Source: Alphaproteobacteria bacterium
GTDB taxonomy: Bacteria > Pseudomonadota > Alphaproteobacteria > Rhodobacterales > Rhodobacteraceae
Assembly (NCBI GenBank): GCA_024280735.1
Contig: JAJRPO010000070.1
Coordinates: 20,759-84,758 of the forward strand
Reading direction: 5' to 3'
Length of the DNA: 64,000 bases
Below the pieces are notes generated by a model that searched no databases, was not told the origin of the DNA, and worked only from the letters and a program-made list of their open reading frames with translations. The translations under genes were made by a program, and so were the position numbers. This document shows, one piece after another, positions 26,062 to 35,893 of the stretch. Each line of letters opens with the position of its first letter. The stretch's first letter is position 1.

Positions 26062-26188
26062 TGTGGGCCCTAGCCTTATCCGACTGCCTTGTCCGGATAT
26101 CTGAACACTGCCTCAAACCCGTTCCTGACTAGGGATTTACCCGCAAACACTATACGCCGCATCCTTTTGGGATTGCGGCGTTTTTTTT
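26062..26188 (+). ncRNA. candidate structured 3'UTR RNA / sRNA
   Basis: CCCTAG (26068-73)/CTAGGG (26129-34) stem encloses two hairpins that both carry ACTGCCT (26083-89 and 26107-13); ends at a terminator. Confidence 0.45.
26155..26188 (+). terminator. intrinsic terminator
   Basis: CGCCGCATCC-TTTTG-GGATTGCGGCG followed by T8. Confidence 0.85.
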
Positions 26189-26280
26189 AGTTTAACGGCG
26201 CCCCTGGCGGGGCATTCCTTTTGAGCGCTTCGCACGGGGTTCCGCTCCGCTCGGGGGATATTTAGAAGAACAAAGAAAAG

Positions 26281-26718
26281 TTAAAGGAGGCTTTCCATTG
26301 CTTCTAGTGTGGCGTCATAGGCCAGCAGAATAGAGGCGTGGCGGTTTTTATAATCGGCGGCGGGTTGCAATACTTCCAACTCGACAAAAGGGGCCGGGGG
26401 AACCGGTCCGCCAGACTTTAGCATATCATGCAATGCGTTACGGGTGGATTTTACCTGCTGCAAGGTCAGGCCAATTGCATTTTCGCCCATGACACTGGCG
26501 GAGGCCTGCCCCAAGGCGCAAGCTTTTACATCTTGGCCGTAGTCGGAGATTTTACCATCCAGCACATTAATATCAATTGTCACCGTCGATCCGCAAAGCG
26601 GCGAGCGTTTGCGCACAGATGCGTCGGGGGCGTCCAAACGATCGGTGCGCGGGATTTCAGCGGCCAACGCCAGAATGCGGGTCGAGTAGAGTTTCATCAA
26701 ATCAGACGGCTGGTTCAT
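26281..26718 (-). CDS. NifU/IscU-like Fe-S scaffold family protein
   Basis: RSPLCGS, KACALGQAS and RHAS motifs. Confidence 0.88.
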   Translation of the reverse strand: MNQPSDLMKLYSTRILALAAEIPRTDRLDAPDASVRKRSPLCGSTVTIDINVLDGKISDYGQDVKACALGQASASVMGENAIGLTLQQVKSTRNALHDMLKSGGPVPPAPFVELEVLQPAADYKNRHASILLAYDATLEAMESLL

Positions 26719-26790
26719 CGCTTTGGCCTTTTAATCACGCGCTATTGGGTTTTAACTAGGGCTGAAACGGCGATAAGGAAAGGGAAAGTG

Positions 26791-27159
26791 ATGGGGAATA
26801 TGAAATTTGATCCCGCAAGCCTGAGGTATAATGACCAAGGGCTGATTCCGGCCATTGCGCAACAAAAAGGAACCGGCGAGGTTTTGATGATGGCTTGGAT
26901 GAATGCCGAAGCGGTGCAGCGCACGATTGACAGCGGCAAGGTCACCTATTGGTCGCGCTCTCGGCAATCTTTCTGGGTTAAGGGCGAGAGTTCGGGGCAC
27001 ACGCAAAAACTGGTGTCGATGGCGGTGGATTGCGATCGTGATTGCCTGCTGGTGACGGTGGATCAAGTGGGCCCTGCCTGCCATACCAATCGGCGCAGTT
27101 GTTTTTATACTGCCGTGGAGAGCGGCGTTGAAGTGGAACTTATGGGGGTGGATGTATGA
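26791..27159 (+). CDS. hisI: phosphoribosyl-AMP cyclohydrolase
   Basis: WSRSR, KGESSG, DCDRD and ACHTNRRSCF motifs; start may be 26800. Confidence 0.95.
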   Translation: MGNMKFDPASLRYNDQGLIPAIAQQKGTGEVLMMAWMNAEAVQRTIDSGKVTYWSRSRQSFWVKGESSGHTQKLVSMAVDCDRDCLLVTVDQVGPACHTNRRSCFYTAVESGVEVELMGVDV

Positions 27160-27764
27160 CCTGGATCAATACAATCAGCTATGCGGCGGCGACAGGTAAG
27201 CTGCGCAAACTTTATGACCGGGTGAAGGGGCCGGATGATAACGTGGATAATATTATGATGGCCCATTCGCTGCGCCCCCACTCGATGGAGGGGCATATGG
27301 CGCTGTATAAATATGTGCTGCACCACACGGGAAATACCCTGCCCAAGTGGTTTCTGGAGGCGTTGGGGGTTTATGTCTCGGCGTTGAACAAATGTGATTA
27401 TTGCGTGGATCATCATTTTGGTGGTTTCAAGCGACTGTTGGGAGATGATGCGCGGGCCGAGGCGTTTTTGGCAGCTGCGAAGGCGGGTAAAATTGCCGAC
27501 ATGCCGCTGGAGAATATGGAAAAACTGGCGATGGTCTATGGCAAGCTGTTGGCGCAAAACCCGTCTGCGATTACCGAGACCCACATTATTGGCTTGCGCG
27601 ACGCCGGCTTTGATGATGGCCAAATATTGGAAATCAATCAGGTTTGTGCCTATTTTTGTTATGCCAACCGCACGGTTTTGGGGCTGGGGTGTTCCACAAA
27701 CGGCGACATAATCGGCCTTTCGCCGAATAATTCTGACAATCCCGATGATTGGAGTCATACATAG
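27156..27764 (+). CDS. AhpD/CMD-family peroxidase-related protein
   Basis: E...VSALNKCDYCVDHH and YANR motifs. Confidence 0.88.
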   Translation: MTWINTISYAAATGKLRKLYDRVKGPDDNVDNIMMAHSLRPHSMEGHMALYKYVLHHTGNTLPKWFLEALGVYVSALNKCDYCVDHHFGGFKRLLGDDARAEAFLAAAKAGKIADMPLENMEKLAMVYGKLLAQNPSAITETHIIGLRDAGFDDGQILEINQVCAYFCYANRTVLGLGCSTNGDIIGLSPNNSDNPDDWSHT

Positions 27765-27791
27765 GTCAATTGTCTAACCTGAGAGAGACTG

Positions 27792-28184
27792 ATGCCCCAA
27801 GCCAAGCCGCAAATGTCGCCCCGTTTGAATGTTTTGGGGGAGGCCATTAAACCCTGCTCCACAACGCCAATGACTGGTTTTTTCCGGGACGGTTGTTGCA
27901 ATACAGGCCCGCAGGATGTTGGCAAGCATACGGTTTGTGTGCAGATGACGGATGAATTCCTGGCGTTTTCCAAATATTTGGGCAATGATCTGTCGACACC
28001 GCGACCCGAATTTGGCTTTGCCGGATTGAAACACGGGGATCGCTGGTGCCTGTGTGTGGACCGTTGGGCGCAGGCCCATGCAGAGGACGCAGCACCGCTG
28101 GTTATTTTGGAAAGCACCCACCAAGAGGCGCTGCAAACGGTGCCTTTCGAGGTGTTGCGCAAAATGGCGCTGGATATGAATTAG
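27792..28184 (+). CDS. DUF2237 family protein
   Basis: TGFFRDGCC, GNDLSTP and GDRWCLC motifs. Confidence 0.88.
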   Translation: MPQAKPQMSPRLNVLGEAIKPCSTTPMTGFFRDGCCNTGPQDVGKHTVCVQMTDEFLAFSKYLGNDLSTPRPEFGFAGLKHGDRWCLCVDRWAQAHAEDAAPLVILESTHQEALQTVPFEVLRKMALDMN

Positions 28185-28190
28185 CCCCAG

Positions 28191-28835
28191 CTAGAGCCGC
28201 CCGGACCCCTGCAAAACCCCGTGCTCCATCGCATAGCGGGTCAACCCTGCTGTGGTGGAAATCCCCAGTTTACGTTTGATATTCTTGCGGTGGGTTTCCA
28301 CGGTGCGCACCGAGATTTCGAGATCATAAGCCACTTGCTTGTTGCTTTTGCCAGAGGCCAGTTCCAGCAGGATTGTTTGCTCGCGCGCAGTTAGCGCGGC
28401 CCTGTTATTCTCACGCGGGGCGATTTGTTGTTCGGATCCGGTACAGAGGTACGTCCCCCCCGCATGGACAGTTTCAATTGCGGTGACTATTTTATCGATG
28501 GGGATGTCTTTGAGCAGATACCCTTTGGCCCCGTAGCGCATGGCTGTGCTGATGTATTCCGGGCTGTCGTGCATCGACAGGATCAGGATTTTTGTTTCCG
28601 GCTTGCGTTCCAACATGATTTCCGTGGCCCCAAGCCCGTTCAGGTTCGGCATGTTCAGATCAAGCAGAATAACATCGGCATCCAAGGACTCAAAACTGTC
28701 AACCAACTCCTGACCATCTGCTACAGTTGCTAAAACTTCTATGTTATCAAAGCTTTCCAGAATTCCCCTGATGCCTTCAGTTACAAGGGGATGATCGTCT
28801 GCAATCACAATTTTAATGCGGTTCACTTGGGTCAT
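28191..28835 (-). CDS. NarL/LuxR-family response regulator
   Basis: REC domain (ADDH, LDLNMP) plus LTARE...ISVRTVETHR HTH. Confidence 0.95.
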   Translation of the reverse strand: MTQVNRIKIVIADDHPLVTEGIRGILESFDNIEVLATVADGQELVDSFESLDADVILLDLNMPNLNGLGATEIMLERKPETKILILSMHDSPEYISTAMRYGAKGYLLKDIPIDKIVTAIETVHAGGTYLCTGSEQQIAPRENNRAALTAREQTILLELASGKSNKQVAYDLEISVRTVETHRKNIKRKLGISTTAGLTRYAMEHGVLQGSGRL

Positions 28836-30262
28836 GCGGTTTCCTTGGACAGTTCTTCACGTGGTTTTAACATATGTTTGAGGGGAACGCGGGCCTCAAT
28901 TGTGGTGCCGCTTTTGCTGCTCGTAATGCTTAACGTGCCGTCTAGATTTTCCACCCGTTCTTGCATGTTACGCAATCCCAACCCGCCGGATGCGTTGCGC
29001 GCTACTTGTGGATAGGCCATGCCGATGCCATTGTCCTGAATACGCAGGGTGCCGCCTTTGCGGCTGCCAAATACTTTCATTGTGACGAAGGTGGCCTGCG
29101 CGTGGCGTTCAATATTTGTGAGCGCTTCTTGGGCGATCCGGTACAGGGCGGTTTTGGATTCAGTGTCCAGACGATTGGAGAATACCACCGTGCTGAAATC
29201 CACCTCGATACCCGTGCGTTTGGAAAAATCATCTGTGAGTGTGCGCAGGGCAGGGCCAAGGCCAAGATCATCCAACACACCGGGGCGCAAATCGCGGCTG
29301 ATGCGGCGCACCTCGGTAATGGCGCCGTTCAGGTCATCGCGGGCTTTGGCGATGCTGTCCTCGGTACGGGGGTCGCCTTTGGCGTGGCGACGGATTGCCA
29401 ATTCCAGCACATAGCGCACCCCGACCAGAATTTGGCTGATGCCGTCATGCAATTCCCGCGCCACGCGGTAACGCTCTTCTTCTTGGGTGCCAAAAATTCG
29501 CTGGGTTAGTTTCTTGAGTTTTACATCTGCCAAACGGCGCTCGCGCACGTTCAGGACCATGCCAGACAGGAAAACCAGCGTCAGGGCAGTTATGGTAATT
29601 GCCATGATTTGCAAGGACGTCGCGCGCACGCGGGCCTCGGTTTGGTTACGGGTCGCGGCGAGGTTCTTGGTCACGTCATCAATAAAAATACCTGTTCCAA
29701 TGGCCCATTGCCAATCTTGCAGACCCACCACATAGGACACCATTTCAGCCGTTTCGCCGGTCGAGGGTTTGCGCCACTGGTATCTATGATAACCGCCACC
29801 TTGGCGGGCAATGCCGATTAATTTATCCACCACAGGCACACCGTTTTTATCGGCCAACCCCAACCAATTACGCCCTATCCTGTCGGTTTGGCGCGGGCTG
29901 ACCAAATTGTTACCGTCGTAGTCATAGACAAAAAAGTAACCGTCCCGGCCATAAATCATCGACGACAAAATTTGCGTTACGCGCAGTTTGGCGGCCTCAT
30001 CATCGGGCAGGGCGCGGCCATATACCGAGACGATGGCGGTGCGGGCCAGCGACAAGTAATTCAGGATTTCGGCTTGTTTCGCCGATAATAATTCCGCCTC
30101 CAGAACCTGCAACTCATCCTCTATTAATTGGCGGGTTTGGTAGTTCACCACCAAGGCGATTGCTGCCGCCGCAAAGACCAAGGGGATCGTCGCCAGAAAG
30201 AAAACTTTCTGGCCGTAGCTTAGGGAAATTAGATTTCTGAGCTGTCTCAAGTGATTCTCCAC
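28832..30262 (-). CDS. Cache-domain sensor histidine kinase (HisKA_3)
   Basis: GYFFVYD Cache domain between two TM helices; ERYRVARELHD, EALTN and DNGIG motifs. Confidence 0.95.
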   Translation of the reverse strand: MENHLRQLRNLISLSYGQKVFFLATIPLVFAAAAIALVVNYQTRQLIEDELQVLEAELLSAKQAEILNYLSLARTAIVSVYGRALPDDEAAKLRVTQILSSMIYGRDGYFFVYDYDGNNLVSPRQTDRIGRNWLGLADKNGVPVVDKLIGIARQGGGYHRYQWRKPSTGETAEMVSYVVGLQDWQWAIGTGIFIDDVTKNLAATRNQTEARVRATSLQIMAITITALTLVFLSGMVLNVRERRLADVKLKKLTQRIFGTQEEERYRVARELHDGISQILVGVRYVLELAIRRHAKGDPRTEDSIAKARDDLNGAITEVRRISRDLRPGVLDDLGLGPALRTLTDDFSKRTGIEVDFSTVVFSNRLDTESKTALYRIAQEALTNIERHAQATFVTMKVFGSRKGGTLRIQDNGIGMAYPQVARNASGGLGLRNMQERVENLDGTLSITSSKSGTTIEARVPLKHMLKPREELSKETA

Positions 30263-30468
30263 GCCGCGCGTGCTGCGAAAGGCTGGGCGCGGCTATAGCT
30301 AAAGGCCAATGACGATGGGCGTCAAGCAGCCGATTTTAAGGAATTACAGGTGAAATCGGCATCTACGGGTTTTCGGGTATTGGATTTTTTGGGGCAGGTA
30401 GGCTAAGTTCCGCCCACATATAAATACGCGTGGTCAAAAAGATCGCGTGACAATGGGAGGAATACTAT

Positions 30469-31551
30469 ATGGACCGTCGTTCATTTCTAAGAACATCCGC
30501 ACTGGGCGGAACTGCCGCTGCTGCAACGTCTTTGGCAGCCCCTGCGCTTTCTGCGGGTAAAGAAAAACTGACATTGGTAACATCTTGGGGCCGTGGCCTT
30601 GCAGGTGTTTTTGACGCGGCGCAATTTTATGCAGACGCTGTAAACGGCATGTCCGATGGCACGCTGGAAATCGAAATCAAGGCTGCTGGCGAACTTGTTG
30701 GTGCGCTGGAAGTATTCGATGCTGTGTCCTCTGGTCAGGCTGACATCTATCACTCTGCTGATTACTACTTCGTTGGTCAGCACCCGGCATTTGCCTTCTT
30801 TACCGGCGTGCCATTTGGCATGAACGCCACAGAGCATAACAACTGGTACTACCATGGTGGTGGTAAAGAGCGTCACAACGAGCTGGGCGAAATCTTTAAC
30901 CTCAAGCCTTTCTTGGCTGGTAACACTGGCACACAAGCCGGTGGTTGGTTCCGCAAGGAAATCAATGGTCCAGAAGATTTCAACGGCTTGAAATTCCGTA
31001 TGCCTGGTCTGGGCGGCAAAGCGCTTGGTTACTTGGGCGCATCTGTTCAGAACATTCCGGGTTCTGAAGTTTACCAAGCCCTGTCATCCGGCGCCATCGA
31101 CGGCACCGAGTGGATCGGTCCTTGGGCTGACGAAAAAGCTGGCTTCCAGGAAATCACCAAGTTCTACTATACAGCTGGTTTCCACGAGCCATCTGCTGGC
31201 CTGTCGTCCTCTGTGAACCTTGAGCGTTTCAACAGCCTGTCTGGTACCCACCAGAAAATTCTGGAAATTGCTGCCGGTGCGACCAACATTTGGTCCATGA
31301 GCCAATTCCTGAACAACAACGGTGCCGCGCTGACACGTTTGGCCGCTGGTGGTGTTAAAATTCTGGAATTCCCTGACGCTGTTTGGGATGCATTTGGTTC
31401 CGCTTCTGAAAAAGTTTATGCAGAATTTGCGGGCGACGACATGTTTGATACCATTTTGGGCGAATATCGCACATCGATGCGCGATTCATCCGGTTGGTTG
31501 ACAAACTCCACCGATGCGTACCGTCGTCAACGCGACCGCGTATTGGGCTAA
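30469..31551 (+). CDS. dctP: TRAP transporter substrate-binding protein (Tat signal, TakP-like)
   Basis: MDRRSFL Tat motif; GLKFRMPGLGG, EWIGP and FHEP motifs. Confidence 0.92.
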   Translation: MDRRSFLRTSALGGTAAAATSLAAPALSAGKEKLTLVTSWGRGLAGVFDAAQFYADAVNGMSDGTLEIEIKAAGELVGALEVFDAVSSGQADIYHSADYYFVGQHPAFAFFTGVPFGMNATEHNNWYYHGGGKERHNELGEIFNLKPFLAGNTGTQAGGWFRKEINGPEDFNGLKFRMPGLGGKALGYLGASVQNIPGSEVYQALSSGAIDGTEWIGPWADEKAGFQEITKFYYTAGFHEPSAGLSSSVNLERFNSLSGTHQKILEIAAGATNIWSMSQFLNNNGAALTRLAAGGVKILEFPDAVWDAFGSASEKVYAEFAGDDMFDTILGEYRTSMRDSSGWLTNSTDAYRRQRDRVLG

Positions 31552-31572
31552 TCGCCTGACGTAATTGACTTT

Positions 31573-31599
31573 AGGATGTCCCGTGCGCGGGGCATCTTT
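31573..31599 (+). terminator. intercistronic stem-loop after dctP (stabiliser or partial terminator)
   Basis: GATGTCCCG-TGCG-CGGGGCATC followed by TTT. Confidence 0.55.
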
Positions 31600-31648
31600 C
31601 TCGTACCGCCCAAAATAGGGCTGGCGAAATACATCAGGGAAAATCATC

Positions 31649-32545
31649 ATGTTAGATGCGATAGGCTGGGTCATTACCCAGTTCGGGATGGCCTTTTATA
31701 ACTTTTTCTATGCCGTAACCCACCCCGCCAGTTGGCTGGACTGGACCGACGGCAAAGCAATGGTGAAGTTCATATTCTATGGCGCATCGATGGATTTTTT
31801 CTTCGTCGTTATCACTATATTTATCATCATCCTGATCATCGGCCTTTGGAAACGCGAATTCCTTTGGGGGGTCGTGCGGGTCATTGAAGGCTTTAACAAT
31901 ACGCTGGGCCGCTTCTTTGCATGGGCTGCGCTGTTGATGGTGTTGCAGCAAATTATGATCGTGTTCTTGCAACGCATTTTCCTGCGCGCCTCGATCAACA
32001 TTTCGCCCTTTGGCTTTGGCGTGACCAAAGACCTCAGCTGGTGGGCAGAAGAGTTGAAATTCTACAACGCCATGTTGGTGGCGCTTTGTTGCGCCTATGC
32101 CTTTGTGCAGGGCGCCCATGTGCGGGTTGACTTATTCTACGCAGGCATGCGGTTTCGCGCCAAAAAGATCGTCGATATGATCGGCTCGATCTTCTTTATT
32201 CTGCCGTCTATGACCTTGATCTGGATGTATGGCTGGTTCTTCTTGTGGCGCCATCTGGTAACACCCAAGATTTCGGCGACGGATAAAATCGAATTGCTGG
32301 AACGCAAAGCCCGATTCTTGAAATGGAACGTGGAAACCATCGGCTTCTCTCCCAACGGGTTCGATGGGTATTTCCTGTTTAAAATCCTGTTGGTGTCGTT
32401 TGCTGGCATCATCTTTGTCAGCGGCATGTCGTATTTCTATCGATCCCTGCTGGAGTTCCTCGAGGGCGAGGAATCCGAGGGCAAATATCTAGACAAAGAC
32501 AAGTTAGGCGATGAACTCGCTGAAACTGTCGCAGAAATTCACTAA
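31649..32545 (+). CDS. dctQ: TRAP transporter small permease (extended)
   Basis: HVRVDLFY motif, multiple TM helices. Confidence 0.88.
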   Translation: MLDAIGWVITQFGMAFYNFFYAVTHPASWLDWTDGKAMVKFIFYGASMDFFFVVITIFIIILIIGLWKREFLWGVVRVIEGFNNTLGRFFAWAALLMVLQQIMIVFLQRIFLRASINISPFGFGVTKDLSWWAEELKFYNAMLVALCCAYAFVQGAHVRVDLFYAGMRFRAKKIVDMIGSIFFILPSMTLIWMYGWFFLWRHLVTPKISATDKIELLERKARFLKWNVETIGFSPNGFDGYFLFKILLVSFAGIIFVSGMSYFYRSLLEFLEGEESEGKYLDKDKLGDELAETVAEIH

Positions 32546-32557
32546 GGGACGGTTGGC

Positions 32558-34918
32558 ATGTTATTTGGACTTGATGGCGTAGAAGTAGGCCTGATCATTG
32601 TATTCGCCTACCTGTTCGGGGCAATTATGTCGGGCTTTCCGGTGGCGTTTGCCATTGGCGGCGCGGGCACATTGGCCTTTGGGATTTTGGCCACATTGGA
32701 TACCACGGGTATTTTGACAAAAGAGGTCATCGACACCGGTTCCGCCGCATACCAAGCGCTGCGCGATGGCGGTGTTTCGGCCTATGATATTTCGATATTC
32801 AGGTACCCGGATTTGGTGACGGTCACTGAACCGCTGTTTGAAGGCGGCTGGGAGCGGGCGATGAACCGCAATCTGTCGTTCATCGTAAACCGGATGAATG
32901 AACGGGTGTTTGCGGGCGCGTCCATCGAAACGCTGTTGGCCGTTGCCATGTTTGTGCTGATGGGTATCACGCTGGAGCGTTCCAAGATCGCTAACGACCT
33001 GCTGACCACCATGGCCCGCGTGTTTGGCCCGCTGCCCGGCGGTTTGGCCGTGGCCGTTGTGGCTGTGGGGGCGTTTTTGGCGGCCTCGACCGGCATCGTT
33101 GGGGCCACAGTGGTGACCATGGGGTTACTGTCTTTGCCTACTATGTTGAAAAACGGTTACTCGCCAGAACTGGCGACGGGTGTTATCGCGGCCTCGGGTA
33201 CTTTGGGGCAGATCATTCCGCCCTCGATTGTGATCGTGTTGCTGGGCACATTGGCAGGTGACCTCTATTCCGTTGCACAAGAAGAACGCGCTCAAGCTGT
33301 GGGGTGTTCTGACGCGCTGACTTACCTCGGCGAGGCGGCGGTGCTGTCTGTTGGTACGCTGTTCCAAGCGGCGATCTTGCCCGGTATCCTGCTGGCAGTT
33401 CTCTACGGTCTCTATGCCTTTGTGTACGCCTTGTTGAACCCGGAAAAAGCGCCACCAGTTCCCGCGATTGAGGGCACAGGCCCGAAAATCGGTGGACGTC
33501 ATGCTTTGATGTGGTTCCTACTGGTGCCAGTCGGTGTCATTGCTTTTGCCATCGCCTCCAGTACGATCTCTATTTCTGGCAATCAGTCGCAGGTTGTTGA
33601 CAGTGTGTCCGACGTGGGCCGCCAAGCGGTTTTGCGCACTAATGTCAGTGAGCAATGCAGGGGCGCGATGATCGAAAAGCACGGTCTGGAAAAATGGGAT
33701 CTGGCGGTTTCCCAACAGGCAGAAATCGAATCTGAGGGGGGCAGTCGGACCCAGGCAGAACGCACACTGACGCCTGAGCAGATGATTGTAGCCAAAGCCG
33801 AGAAATTGGCTGGCACGGCACCTATTGGCTCGGGTGTTCTGAAAATAGTGGTGATTTTCGCCCTGATTATGACAACCGCTTACGGTGTTCGCAAAACCGC
33901 AGACCCGCGGCCTTTGCTGATTGGTTGGGGGGGCTGTTTTGCCGCCCTTGCGGTGGACGCCTTGTTTGTGATGCCCGATACCACCCCGGGCATTTCACTG
34001 GTGATGTTGGCAATCCCTTACGGAATGATGCTGTACGGGGCCAAATATGCGGCGGGGATATTGGGCCAAAACGAAGTGCTGCGCGTGGTGTTTCCACCGC
34101 TTGTGCTGATCGTTGCGGTGCTGGGGTCAATCCTTGGCGGTATCACCAATCCAACCCCTGCGGCAGCACTTGGGGCAGGCGGCGCGATTATGCTCGCGGC
34201 ATTCCGCAAGTTGCAGGAAACCGATGGCAATTCCAAATTCATCCTGATCTCCACCTTCTCTATGGTGATTATGCTGCTGCTGGGCATCAACTTTGATCTG
34301 CGGGTGAATACCCAAGAGGTTGGTTTGGAACGCTGGCTGGCTTTTATTGCCGCATTCGGGGCGTACCTCGTGGCGATGACGGGGCTGCTGTTTGCTTGCT
34401 GGGTGCTGTATACCAACGCGGTGTTAACGCCTGTGGTGCGCGAAACCACCAAGGTGACGTCGATGGTGTTCACCATCCTGATCGGCTCGCAACTGCTGAA
34501 CCTCGTGATTATCTCCTTTGGCGGCGAGCATTATATCCAAGGTTTCCTGCGCTCGTTTGACAACGAGGTTACGGTTTTCCTGATTGTGATGGTGGTACTG
34601 TTTATTCTGGGCTTCGTTCTCGATTTTCTGGAAATCATCTACATCGTGATTCCCATCGTTGGGCCGGTGATCTATGGCGGTACGATGGATCCTAAATGGG
34701 TGACAATCATGATTGCGGTGAACCTGCAAACATCATTCCTCACACCGCCTTTCGGCTTTGCCCTGTTCTACCTGCGCGGCGTCGCCCCGCCCGAGGTCAC
34801 AACCCGCCACATCTATCGCGGCGTGGTGCCGTTTGTGTTGATCCAAGTGCTCGGCTTGGCGATGCTGTGGGTGTTCCCGGGGGTGGTGACAATCATACCG
34901 GACTTACTGCCGAACTAG
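32558..34918 (+). CDS. dctM: TRAP transporter large permease (with insertions)
   Basis: ASGTLGQIIPPS and SFLTPPFGFALFYL motifs. Confidence 0.93.
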   Translation: MLFGLDGVEVGLIIVFAYLFGAIMSGFPVAFAIGGAGTLAFGILATLDTTGILTKEVIDTGSAAYQALRDGGVSAYDISIFRYPDLVTVTEPLFEGGWERAMNRNLSFIVNRMNERVFAGASIETLLAVAMFVLMGITLERSKIANDLLTTMARVFGPLPGGLAVAVVAVGAFLAASTGIVGATVVTMGLLSLPTMLKNGYSPELATGVIAASGTLGQIIPPSIVIVLLGTLAGDLYSVAQEERAQAVGCSDALTYLGEAAVLSVGTLFQAAILPGILLAVLYGLYAFVYALLNPEKAPPVPAIEGTGPKIGGRHALMWFLLVPVGVIAFAIASSTISISGNQSQVVDSVSDVGRQAVLRTNVSEQCRGAMIEKHGLEKWDLAVSQQAEIESEGGSRTQAERTLTPEQMIVAKAEKLAGTAPIGSGVLKIVVIFALIMTTAYGVRKTADPRPLLIGWGGCFAALAVDALFVMPDTTPGISLVMLAIPYGMMLYGAKYAAGILGQNEVLRVVFPPLVLIVAVLGSILGGITNPTPAAALGAGGAIMLAAFRKLQETDGNSKFILISTFSMVIMLLLGINFDLRVNTQEVGLERWLAFIAAFGAYLVAMTGLLFACWVLYTNAVLTPVVRETTKVTSMVFTILIGSQLLNLVIISFGGEHYIQGFLRSFDNEVTVFLIVMVVLFILGFVLDFLEIIYIVIPIVGPVIYGGTMDPKWVTIMIAVNLQTSFLTPPFGFALFYLRGVAPPEVTTRHIYRGVVPFVLIQVLGLAMLWVFPGVVTIIPDLLPN

Positions 34919-34933
34919 GACGGTCTTCCACAC

Positions 34934-34979
34934 AAAGAAAAGCCCCGTGGGTGAATATCACCAGCGGGGCTTTTCTTTT
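34934..34979. terminator. bidirectional intrinsic terminator
   Basis: AAAGAAAAGCCCCG...CGGGGCTTTTCTTTT between convergent genes. Confidence 0.85.
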
Positions 34980-34989
34980 GGGCCGTTGT

Positions 34990-35808
34990 TTATTTCCGGT
35001 TTAGCAAATCCGGCAGACTAATCGCCGCTACCTGTTCGGGGATTGGTACATTTCCGTGGGCCGGAACATCGGCCTTAAAATCATCTGGTGCGTCCAGCGT
35101 TTGCCATTCGCCGCCGTGATAAATTTCCAGCGCGTTGAACTTGGCTTTATAGCTCATTTTGGGGCTGCCCGGCACCCAATAACCCAAGTAAACATAGGGT
35201 AAGCCAGCCTCGCGGGCGATTTCGATATGATCGAGGATCATATAAGTGCCAAGGCTGCTTTTCTCCAGCTCGGGATTGAAAAAAGAATAAACCATCGACA
35301 GCCCGTCTTCCAGCACATCAGTCAGGCAAACGGCAGATAAATCTGTGCTTACAGTATCATGGTATTCCACAACGCGGCTGCGAACCGGGGTTTCTTCGAC
35401 CATAGACGCGAATTCAAACACGTCCATATCTGCCATGCCGCCCGTTGCGTGGCGGGCGGCCAAATAAGTGCGGAACAGCTCAAACTGAACCTCGGTTGCC
35501 CACGGGCTGGTGGCCTCTCGCTTTAAGTATTTATTCTTACGCAAAACCCGTTTGTGGCTGCGCCGTGGTTTGAAATCTGCGACCCGTATGCGCGCCGAAA
35601 GACAGGCGGCACATTCCGCGCATGACGGGCGATACAGTACATTTTGCGAACGGCGAAATCCCTGATGTGACAGCGCGTCATTCAACACAACCGCATGATC
35701 CCCTTGCAATGCAGTGAACAGCTTGCGCTCAACCTTGCCATCCAAATAGGGGCAAGGCTGGGGGGCCGTAACATAAAACTGGGGTGCCAGAGGCAGTGAA
35801 TGGCGCAT
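34990..35808 (-). CDS. ate: arginyl-tRNA-protein transferase family (Ate/Bpt)
   Basis: PCPYL, GFRRSQ, YSFF and YVYLGYW motifs. Confidence 0.92.
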   Translation of the reverse strand: MRHSLPLAPQFYVTAPQPCPYLDGKVERKLFTALQGDHAVVLNDALSHQGFRRSQNVLYRPSCAECAACLSARIRVADFKPRRSHKRVLRKNKYLKREATSPWATEVQFELFRTYLAARHATGGMADMDVFEFASMVEETPVRSRVVEYHDTVSTDLSAVCLTDVLEDGLSMVYSFFNPELEKSSLGTYMILDHIEIAREAGLPYVYLGYWVPGSPKMSYKAKFNALEIYHGGEWQTLDAPDDFKADVPAHGNVPIPEQVAAISLPDLLNRK

Positions 35809-35893
35809 TAAGGGACCTTAGTAAACCAGAGGTTAAGATAACGGTAACAAGGCTTGGGGCAAGAGATCAAGCATCAACTTTTCATTTGGCTAA

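Noticed and set aside
26428-26790. Long N-terminal extension of hisI
   Set aside because: Antisense to the NifU-like gene; HisI homology begins near 26791-26800
30361-30381. CTACGGGTTTTCGGGTA as the response-regulator site for dctP
   Set aside because: Plausible position but too degenerate to support
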